Origin: Nitrososphaerota archaeon
Lineage (GTDB): Archaea; Thermoproteota; Nitrososphaeria_A; Caldarchaeales; Calditenuaceae
NCBI GenBank assembly: GCA_041641295.1
Contig: JBEPYO010000001.1
Coordinates: 128,001 to 192,000 of the forward strand
Direction of reading: 5' to 3'
DNA: 64,000 bases
The translations under genes and the position numbers were made by a program. The notes beneath the pieces are model-generated. The model was not told the origin of the DNA. It was given only the letters and a program-made list of their open reading frames with translations, and searched no databases. Within the stretch, counting starts at the first letter, position 1; the number at the start of each line of letters is the position of its first letter. Of this stretch, positions 8,706 through 16,348 are shown piece after piece.

Positions 8706-10190
8706 ATGAGAAGTCCCAAGACTAGAATCTACAGCGTCTGCGTCGCCATCTTCTTCTGCACTGCCATTCTGACCGTTGCAGCCTATGCCCAGCAGCAAAT
8801 TGTTTACGCAGATGTTCCGGGGAATCCGCCACCGGGTGCCACACCCAATAAGCGATTCCTCCTAATCACGTCTGAAAATGATGTCCTGATAGATGATGGT
8901 GTAGTCTTCAAGGCTTGGACCTTCAACGGCACTGTCCCAGGGCCGCTGATCTTGGTGGAGGAGGGTGATGTTGTCGAGATAACCGTGAAGAATGAGGGCA
9001 AGTATACGCATGGCGCCTCCATTCACGCTGCAAATACTCAGACATCCCTCTTCGTCGGCAGCATCCCGCCAGGTGAGTCGCGTAAGCTAGTCTTCAAGGC
9101 AGACTTCCCCGGCGTATACATGTACCACTGCGCGCCGGGTGGCCATGGAATCCTAACCCACACACTAGCGGGGATGTATGGAATGATTGTCGTTGAACCT
9201 AAGAAGGTGAAGTACAAGTTGGAGGAGCAGTTAGGAAAAGAGCCAGACATAAAGGTCTTTCTAGTCCAACACGAGGTCTACGCTAATGGTAAGGACTTCA
9301 CCGATGGTAGCCCAGTATACGTAATGTTCAACGGGAGAATGTTCAGATATTTGACTGAGCCGATCAAGGCGCGACCCGGAGACTACGTGAGATTCTACTT
9401 CTTGAACGTAGGACCGAACCTAGTGTCCAGTTTCCACGCCGTGGGTGGGATCTGGGAATACGTGTACCACGGCGGAAACCCAAACAATGTTGAGGAGGGG
9501 CTGCAGACAGTCACAGTAGGGCCAACAGACTCCTATGTCATAGAGTGGAGAGTGCCCTCTGAAGGGAACTTCCTGCTAGTGACACATGCCTTTGGAACAC
9601 AGACGCTTAAAGGAGCGGCGGGCTTCCTTTCCTCGAAGGTGGGCAACGAGAGGGTTAGTATGGTTTTGCCGAACGGCCCGTTACCGCCTCCACAAATCCA
9701 ATCCGCAAAGAGGGTAATAGCCCCCTTCGAGCCAACCCCCGAGGAGCGTGAAGCACCCACCACCTTCTATCCCGGCGACACAGTTGTGGTGCGGATAGTG
9801 GGTAACAGTTTCTACCCCAAGGTTGCGCGAGTTCCTACAGGCTCAAAGATTGTCTGGGTGAATGAGGATGTCTTGAGCATAGGCTCAGGCGAGGTTACTG
9901 GCCAACACAACGTGGCGACTGTCTCAGGACCCGAGACTTTCACTTCAGAGATACTTAAGAATGCTGAGAAGTTTGCTTTCACACCCACGAAAGAGGGTAC
10001 CTACAGCTATATCTGCGGAATACACCCCTACATGAAGGGCGAGATAATTGTCTACAAGGCAGCGGCGTTAGGCGGAGTTGGTCCGACGATAGACCTGACA
10101 TCCATCCTCGCATTTATTATAGGAATAGGGATTATCATTATGGCGATTGACCTCGGCCGGAGGAGCCGGACAAGACAAGAGACCAAATGA
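8706..10190 (+). CDS. nirK: Copper-containing nitrite reductase-like protein, three-domain (extra C-terminal cupredoxin), with signal peptide and C-terminal membrane anchor
   Basis: WTFNGTVPGP; HGASIH; MYHCAPGGHGILTHTLAGM (type 1/type 2 Cu ligands); SSFHAVGG; LLVTH; second cupredoxin QHNV...CGIHPYM; terminal TM helix. ATG 8706 gives a signal peptide ending AYA. Confidence 0.85.
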   Translation: MRSPKTRIYSVCVAIFFCTAILTVAAYAQQQIVYADVPGNPPPGATPNKRFLLITSENDVLIDDGVVFKAWTFNGTVPGPLILVEEGDVVEITVKNEGKYTHGASIHAANTQTSLFVGSIPPGESRKLVFKADFPGVYMYHCAPGGHGILTHTLAGMYGMIVVEPKKVKYKLEEQLGKEPDIKVFLVQHEVYANGKDFTDGSPVYVMFNGRMFRYLTEPIKARPGDYVRFYFLNVGPNLVSSFHAVGGIWEYVYHGGNPNNVEEGLQTVTVGPTDSYVIEWRVPSEGNFLLVTHAFGTQTLKGAAGFLSSKVGNERVSMVLPNGPLPPPQIQSAKRVIAPFEPTPEEREAPTTFYPGDTVVVRIVGNSFYPKVARVPTGSKIVWVNEDVLSIGSGEVTGQHNVATVSGPETFTSEILKNAEKFAFTPTKEGTYSYICGIHPYMKGEIIVYKAAALGGVGPTIDLTSILAFIIGIGIIIMAIDLGRRSRTRQETK

Positions 10191-10801
10191 CCAGAAAATA
10201 CTTCTACGCAACAATAATACTCTTCTTAACCTCCGCTTTTATGTTTTATACCGCATTGTCATCATTCAGATCACCAACAGAGCCGCAGACAGGTGTTGTT
10301 GTAAGCGGTAAACCACTACCAGATTTCTCACTAGTTAGCCAAGACAATCAGAGCTTCAGCCTACAAAAAGTTGCGGGAAGACCAGTTATCCTCTTCTTCG
10401 GATACACAAGCTGCCCCGACGTCTGCCCCCTAGCCATGAGAAAAATCGCGGCGTCGCTAAAAGCTCTAGGCCCCGAGAGGGGGGACTTCGCGGTCATTTT
10501 CATAACCGTGGATCCGGTGCGCGACACCCCCTCCATCCTAGCCAAGTGGGTCTCACAATACTATCCCGGGACGATAGCCCTTACAGGTGATCTGGAGGAG
10601 TTGGGTAGGGTATGGAGGGCTTATGGAGCTGCCAACCCCGATGACTATGGGTCGGCTGCTAAGAGTGGCGACACATACTACATCAGCCATAGCGCAGTCA
10701 TATATGTGGCGGACCGCAACCACGTGCTTCGATATATCCTAACCCCGGAGATGGATACGGAGGCTTTCAGGCAGGTCCTTGAAGAGATCCACCGGTCTTA
10801 G
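10187..10801 (+). CDS. SCO1/SenC copper chaperone
   Basis: FFGYTSCPDVCP (CxxxC), ITVDPVRDTP, ISHSA His; N-terminal TM; ATGA overlap with nirK. Confidence 0.93.
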   Translation: MTRKYFYATIILFLTSAFMFYTALSSFRSPTEPQTGVVVSGKPLPDFSLVSQDNQSFSLQKVAGRPVILFFGYTSCPDVCPLAMRKIAASLKALGPERGDFAVIFITVDPVRDTPSILAKWVSQYYPGTIALTGDLEELGRVWRAYGAANPDDYGSAAKSGDTYYISHSAVIYVADRNHVLRYILTPEMDTEAFRQVLEEIHRS

Positions 10802-10858
10802 CCGCGACTCGATAGGCCAGAATAAGCGGGTTAAAATACTGACATTTCGTGTTCTCTA

Positions 10859-12760
10859 ATGATGCTTGAGGCGTGGCTAATCTGGTTGTTACCGATGACA
10901 GCTGCCTTCCTTGTCCCAGGCCTCGTTAAGATATCGAGGAGGGCTGGGGAGGTTTTCTCCGTTCTTGTGGTAGCTACCTCAGCTATTCTAACAATCACAC
11001 TACTCCCTCGCGTCTGGGGAGGAAAGAGTATCCAGACTGACATAGCATGGATAGGCCTACCTGGGGGCGGCTCAGTCCGACTAGGGGTTCTCCTTGACCC
11101 GCTATCAGTCGTCATGGCACTTATTGCCACGGGTATAGGGACCCTCATCATGCTTTACTCGATCGGCTACATGAACCATGAGGAGGGGGTTGGCCGATAC
11201 TTCTTCTTCATGACACTCTTCATAGGTGGTATGGTTCTTCTAGTCACCTCGTCAAACCTGCTTGGCATGTATATTGGCTGGGAGATTGTTGGAATCTGTA
11301 GCTATGCCCTGATCGGATACTATGTCCACAGGAGGGAGGCTAGAGAGGCCGCTATCAAAGCCTTCATAACTACTAGGATTGGTGATGTTCTTCTTTTCGC
11401 CTCCATTCTCATCACATTTGCCGTATTTAATACGTTGGAATTTACCGAGCTAAGACTGGCTATTGAGGAGAGGGCGGCGGCCGGACATCTTGACATGGGA
11501 CTCTTGACGCTGATCCTCCTACTCGCCTTCGGGGGGGCCATGGGGAAGTCTGCCCAGTTCCCACTCCACGTATGGCTTCCAGACGCCATGGAGGGCCCCA
11601 CACCCGTCTCCGCTCTAATACATGCAGCCACTATGGTGAAGGCGGGTGTCTACTTGGTGGCCAGATACAGCTTCACAATGGTTCCCTTCGAGCATTTCAC
11701 CCCCGCACAGCTCTCAAGCTGGTATACTATGATAGCGACGATAGGAGGTTTCACAGCTCTCTTCGCAGCGAGCATGGGACTCGTCACCAACGATATTAAG
11801 CGCGTTATCGCCTACTCGACGATCAGCCAGCTGGCCCTCATGTTCACCGCACTTGGGGTCGGGACTGCTGCGGGATGGTTCGGAGGTGTTTTCCACCTGG
11901 TCAGCCACTCGATATTCAAGGCGCTACTCTTCCTCGCATCGGGGGTAGTAATACACTACCTTGGCACGAACAACATCGATGAGATGGGCGGATTGAGAAG
12001 GGTTATGCCCATTACATTCTACACTGCTACGGTTGGCGTTTTAGCTCTTTCAGGAATTCCACCCTTCAACGGCTTTTTCAGCAAGGACATTGTGTTGGGA
12101 GCGCTCTTGGAGAGTGGTGCTTGGATCCCACTCCTGTTTGTGGCCTCGGCTTCAATCCTAACGGTGATCTATAGCTTCCGTTGGCTGGCCAAGGTTTTCC
12201 TAGGGGAGATGAGGCATCATGGAGGGGAGCACGGCCACGCCGAGTCGTATAAAACCATGACAACACCATTGGTAATCCTTGCGGCGCTCACCCTGACGGG
12301 TTTACCACCATTCGAAGAAGTTCTACACGACTTTATAGGAATCCACGAGGAAATCAAAATACCCCCAGCAACGTACGCCATCTCGGCGGGAATCGTCGTT
12401 ACCGGCTTCACCATTGCCTATCTATTCTATATTAGGCGGGCATGGAGTCCAGAGGCTGTACGCCAAGCCCCCCTCATGTCTGCAATCCACTCGCTCCTAG
12501 TGAACAGATACTACATTGACGCGGCGTACAAGATGGTCTTTGTGGACGGGTTTACAAGGCTATCAGCACTGATAAGAAGGGGGTTGGAGGAGAAGGTGAT
12601 AGATGGCATAAACTATGCAGCGGCAAGGGGGTTCCAGAAGATAGTAGACGTGATCCGATACATACAGACGGGGAGCAGCAACCTCAACATTAGCGGCGTA
12701 GCTATAGGCCTAGTAATCTTGCTACTTCTTCTCTTAGTGGGGCTTGCGGGCATCCTATAA
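10859..12760 (+). CDS. nuoL: NADH-quinone oxidoreductase subunit L (NuoL/ND5 family)
   Basis: YSIGYM, GWEIVGICSYALIG, KAFITTRIGD, GKSAQFPLHVWLPDAMEGPTPVSALIHAATMVKAG, AYSTISQL, GFFSKD. Confidence 0.93.
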   Translation: MMLEAWLIWLLPMTAAFLVPGLVKISRRAGEVFSVLVVATSAILTITLLPRVWGGKSIQTDIAWIGLPGGGSVRLGVLLDPLSVVMALIATGIGTLIMLYSIGYMNHEEGVGRYFFFMTLFIGGMVLLVTSSNLLGMYIGWEIVGICSYALIGYYVHRREAREAAIKAFITTRIGDVLLFASILITFAVFNTLEFTELRLAIEERAAAGHLDMGLLTLILLLAFGGAMGKSAQFPLHVWLPDAMEGPTPVSALIHAATMVKAGVYLVARYSFTMVPFEHFTPAQLSSWYTMIATIGGFTALFAASMGLVTNDIKRVIAYSTISQLALMFTALGVGTAAGWFGGVFHLVSHSIFKALLFLASGVVIHYLGTNNIDEMGGLRRVMPITFYTATVGVLALSGIPPFNGFFSKDIVLGALLESGAWIPLLFVASASILTVIYSFRWLAKVFLGEMRHHGGEHGHAESYKTMTTPLVILAALTLTGLPPFEEVLHDFIGIHEEIKIPPATYAISAGIVVTGFTIAYLFYIRRAWSPEAVRQAPLMSAIHSLLVNRYYIDAAYKMVFVDGFTRLSALIRRGLEEKVIDGINYAAARGFQKIVDVIRYIQTGSSNLNISGVAIGLVILLLLLLVGLAGIL

Positions 12761-12805
12761 GCGCGTCTAAACATATATAGGGTTCTTTAGGCTGATAAGA
12801 GTTAG

Positions 12806-12979
12806 ATGGGGATTAGAGAGTTCGCCAGATCGGTCATCACAGTGTTTAGGGTCGCTCAGAAGCCCACCAAAGAGACATACCTCACCTTTGCCCGAATAGC
12901 CCTAATAGGAGTGCTATTACTTGGCGTCATCTCCTTTCTTGTTAGATTCCTGATGATAGCTCTCCAAGGTGGGGTGTGA
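12806..12979 (+). CDS. secE: Protein translocase SecE/Sec61-gamma (57 aa, missed by ORF track)
   Basis: Manual translation MGIREFARSVITVFRVAQKPTKETYLTFARIALIGVLLLGVISFLVRFLMIALQGGV; KP motif plus one TM; conserved position before spt5 with TGATG overlap. Confidence 0.92.
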   Translation: MGIREFARSVITVFRVAQKPTKETYLTFARIALIGVLLLGVISFLVRFLMIALQGGV

Positions 12980-13452
12980 TGAGCCAGACTGAGAAGAAGT
13001 TTCAGATCTTCGCGATAAGAACCACAGTGGGACAGGAGAAGAACGTGGCAAGGCTCCTCTCAAACAGGATAGACACTGAGGCTGGGGACATAGCGTCAAT
13101 ATTCATTCTCCCGATGCTTAAGGGTTACGTGTTTATAGAGGGGGTGGACAAGGACCGAATAGCCCTCCTCACCCAAGGAATGATGCATGTTAAATCGAGG
13201 CCGATCACATCAGTCTCTATAGAAGAGCTGAAGCAACACATCGTCGAGAGGCCCGTGATAGACACTATCAACGAGGGTGAGATGGTCGAGGTTATTGCCG
13301 GGCCACTCAGGGGTGTGACTGGCAAGGTTCTACGCATCGACAGGCAGAAGAACTCGGTCACGATAGAGTTAACCGAGAGTATATATCCTCTCCCAATCTC
13401 TGTCCCGGCTCGACAGCTCAGGCCGATTCGACAGCAGCAGGAGACCCGCTAA
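12979..13452 (+). CDS. spt5: Transcription elongation factor Spt5/NusG
   Basis: IFAIRTTVGQEKNVA, LKGYVFIE (NGN) and VEVIAGPLRG (KOW). Confidence 0.95.
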   Translation: MSQTEKKFQIFAIRTTVGQEKNVARLLSNRIDTEAGDIASIFILPMLKGYVFIEGVDKDRIALLTQGMMHVKSRPITSVSIEELKQHIVERPVIDTINEGEMVEVIAGPLRGVTGKVLRIDRQKNSVTIELTESIYPLPISVPARQLRPIRQQQETR

Positions 13453-13506
13453 CCCTCCCTCTAGATTTTACAAGTATTTATTGTGGATTCCGAATAGGGA
13501 TTAAGC

Positions 13507-14010
13507 GTGGCTGAAAGGACATACAAGTTCTTGGTAGAGGGCGGCAAAGCGACTGCAGGGCCTCCGATAGGGCCTACACTTACACCCCTAGGAATCAATG
13601 TACTACAGCTTATAGAGGAGATAAATCGGAAGACCGCGGAGTTCAAAGGAATGCACGTTACAGTGATTGTGAAAGTAGACTCGGATACTAAGTCTTTCAG
13701 CGTCGAGGTGGGTGTACCAAGCACCATAGCCCTTATCGCGAAGGAGGCAGGTATTGAGAAGGGATCGAGCACAGCTCATAAACAGCCTGTGGGAAACCTC
13801 TCGCTGGACAGTCTAATTAAGATCGCTAAACTGAAGATGGAGCAGTTGAGGTCTACCTCTCTAAAGGCTGCCGTGCTCTCTGTGGCAGGGACGTGTGTGA
13901 GCATGGGTGTAACAATTGATGGGAAGAACCCGAAGGAGTTCATAGAGGAGGTTAGGATGGGTAAATACGATGAATTGCTCTCCGCGACTATCTCTTCTTC
14001 TCAGGCTTAA
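13507..14010 (+). CDS. rpl11: 50S ribosomal protein uL11
   Basis: GGKATAGPPIGPTL, GTCVSMGV. Confidence 0.97.
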   Translation: MAERTYKFLVEGGKATAGPPIGPTLTPLGINVLQLIEEINRKTAEFKGMHVTVIVKVDSDTKSFSVEVGVPSTIALIAKEAGIEKGSSTAHKQPVGNLSLDSLIKIAKLKMEQLRSTSLKAAVLSVAGTCVSMGVTIDGKNPKEFIEEVRMGKYDELLSATISSSQA

Positions 14011-14653
14011 TCTTAACTGGTGGGCTCATGCTTAACTTCAAGACAATGGACTTGATGTTAGCCCACCCGTTTTCAAGTCTCGAAACAACCCTCTCCACCA
14101 CAGCCCTGGCATTATCCAAGATCTGATCTACACTCATCTCCTCTGTCCCGATGATGCACATGACCTGAGGGACCTTACGCACTCTAGCTACTACTGTTCT
14201 CTTGTATCTCGCTGCAAACTCGTCGATATCTACGTTAGCCGGTATGGGGATAGGCGTCTTCCCCACCCCTCCTAGAGCGGCGCCGAGTGCTCGCGCAGCA
14301 ACGGGGACGAGCTGAGGCTCGATAAGGAAATGGTCAAACTCTCGTACAAGCCTCTTGGCAGCCTTCTTATTCCCCACCAACCCCTCTATCTCCTGTCTCT
14401 CAAAGACCCTGTCAACGTGTTGAGACCTAGACGCCCTCAGAGCTAACTCGCCGGTGGCTACAACTGCTATGCGCTTGGATGCAGACCCAAGGCCATGGGG
14501 CAGCTCTATCATTTCGCTGAAACGCTTCTCCGGCTTGCTCACATCGACATCCTTCAAGTTTATCACAAGCTCTACCGATTGAGTAAAGTTCCGCTTCTGC
14601 CTCTTCTCCAGCGCCTCACGAACTCCCCTTTCCAAGTCTATGACAGTAGACAT
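13988..14653 (-). CDS. rpl1: 50S ribosomal protein uL1
   Basis: KRNFTQSVELVINLKD, IGTEEM, NIKSIVLKLSMSPPV. Confidence 0.95.
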   Translation of the reverse strand: MSTVIDLERGVREALEKRQKRNFTQSVELVINLKDVDVSKPEKRFSEMIELPHGLGSASKRIAVVATGELALRASRSQHVDRVFERQEIEGLVGNKKAAKRLVREFDHFLIEPQLVPVAARALGAALGGVGKTPIPIPANVDIDEFAARYKRTVVARVRKVPQVMCIIGTEEMSVDQILDNARAVVERVVSRLENGWANIKSIVLKLSMSPPVKIKPEKKR

Positions 14654-14710
14654 CCTTAGTAAACGACCTATTGGCTGTTTAATAGGTTTATAATCGTGTG
14701 TCGGACACCC

Positions 14711-15409
14711 CTATATCTTCAGCAGTAGCTCGGGATCCTTTAGCGTCCTCATCTTCTCCTCCTCGCCCTCAATCAGCCAAGTCATCCAGCAGAGCTCCGT
14801 GGGCCGTACACCGATCTTCTCGCAAATCTCGGTGACATTCTCAATGAAATCCATGTCCTTCTCAAATGGCTTGAAGCCTGAGTCTGCTAGAAGCCTGTTT
14901 ACCACTTTCTTCACCACTCTATCGGGCATTATGGTGTCGACCCCGCCCATCATCCTGAGGTACTGATAGGTAACGAGCCCAACCCCCTTTATGGAGCCTA
15001 TAGGGTCGCGTCTCCAATTATGAAGACTTGACCGAGAAGCCCAGTTTCTTAAGGCCTCTCTATCATCATCCCCATAGTAGGTTAGGTTGGCTGCGATGTT
15101 CTTTGCGACCCTCCAAAGGCGGGTATTTCTCCAGATATTTTTAACCCGTCTGATGTCCAGACGCGAGAGCTGCCGGAGCCCCACTACGTGTCCATTTTCC
15201 ACGAACCTATCCGCGAAGAGCTTCACTCGAGGAACCACGACATCGAAATAGCTTAGGCCGCTGGAGGTAAGCGCCGCGTCAACGACCATGAGAACTACGC
15301 TCCCACCCCACCGCTCTGTCCTCAGACACCTATCACAGGCCAGCTTGAGGTAGGGGAGGGAAGACATGATCCTAAGAATCCTCTCTCTCAGCAGGTCTAG
15401 GCTTCCCAA
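14711..15409 (-). CDS. Uncharacterised HhH-GPD superfamily-like protein
   Basis: Helix-hairpin-helix IGSIKGVGLVTYQYLRM followed by GVDTIMPD; substrate unknown. Confidence 0.6.
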   Translation of the reverse strand: MGSLDLLRERILRIMSSLPYLKLACDRCLRTERWGGSVVLMVVDAALTSSGLSYFDVVVPRVKLFADRFVENGHVVGLRQLSRLDIRRVKNIWRNTRLWRVAKNIAANLTYYGDDDREALRNWASRSSLHNWRRDPIGSIKGVGLVTYQYLRMMGGVDTIMPDRVVKKVVNRLLADSGFKPFEKDMDFIENVTEICEKIGVRPTELCWMTWLIEGEEEKMRTLKDPELLLKI

Positions 15410-15475
15410 TCCATGCCTTGATAGTAGGGCTGGATGGCATTTAAATAGTTGGCTAAGATTGCATTATTCAAAGCC

Positions 15476-16348
15476 ATGGTCAGGGCTGCCCTGTTGCTGA
15501 GGCCGAGGGAGTTAAAGGCTAAGCGGATAGAGGAGCTGAAGAACCTGTTCCAGACCTATCGCGTGATAGGTCTCATAGACCTCTTCAGGTCCTCGGCAGA
15601 TCTTATCCACCTATTCCGGAGCAAGTTTAGGGGCCAAGCCGTCATCAAGGTGGCTAGAAAGACGCTGGTGATAAGGGCGGCTAGGGAGGCTGGGAGAGAA
15701 AAAATAGCGGAATACTTGGAGAAGGAGAAAAGGCCCATAGCACTCATATTCACTAACATTAACCCCTTCCTCCTGAAACTTGAGCTCGATAGGGGAAGGG
15801 TTCTCACACCACCAAGACCCGGCGAGACAGCCGATATAGACGTGGTTGTTCCGCCAATCAACACAGGGCTACAGCCAGGCCCCATACTCTCTGAGTTCGG
15901 GAAACTCAAGATCCCCACAAGGATTGAGGGTGGGACAATATGGATTGCTAAGGAAACCACAGTCGCCAAGAAGGGCGATGTGATCCAGCCAACCCTGGCA
16001 TCACTCCTCACAAAGCTGGAGATAGGCGCTGTTTATCGGAGCATAAACCTCACAGTAGCCTTTGACGGCGACCTGCTCATCCCCTCCGAGCTTTTAGCCA
16101 TCGATGTCGAAGGAACAAGAAAGATGCTCTCAGAGGCCCACTCAACGTCTCTAGCACTCGCAATAGAGATTGGGTATGCTACTCCAGAGACAATTGTTCC
16201 TATGCTGGTGAAGGCACACCGCGCAGCGGTTAGCGTCTCTCTTGCAGCGGGTTACACAACCAAGGAAACTATAGGTGTCCTACTTGCGAAGGCCGCCTCA
16301 GAGGCAGCTACCCTTCAGAAGATTGTAGATTCTCGATCAGCCTCTTGA
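15476..16348 (+). CDS. rpl10: 50S ribosomal protein uL10 (P0)
   Basis: NTGLQPGPILSEF, IPTRIEGGTIWI, repeated stalk helices (GYATPETI, GYTTKETI). ATG 15476 fits TATA ATTTAAATA near 15439-15447. Confidence 0.95.
   Translation: MVRAALLLRPRELKAKRIEELKNLFQTYRVIGLIDLFRSSADLIHLFRSKFRGQAVIKVARKTLVIRAAREAGREKIAEYLEKEKRPIALIFTNINPFLLKLELDRGRVLTPPRPGETADIDVVVPPINTGLQPGPILSEFGKLKIPTRIEGGTIWIAKETTVAKKGDVIQPTLASLLTKLEIGAVYRSINLTVAFDGDLLIPSELLAIDVEGTRKMLSEAHSTSLALAIEIGYATPETIVPMLVKAHRAAVSVSLAAGYTTKETIGVLLAKAASEAATLQKIVDSRSAS

Noticed and set aside
4971-14676. Shared 10-mer CCTATTGGCT in two intergenic regions (4971 and 14667)
   Set aside because: One shared 10-mer among several kb of intergenic DNA is expected by chance; contexts differ.
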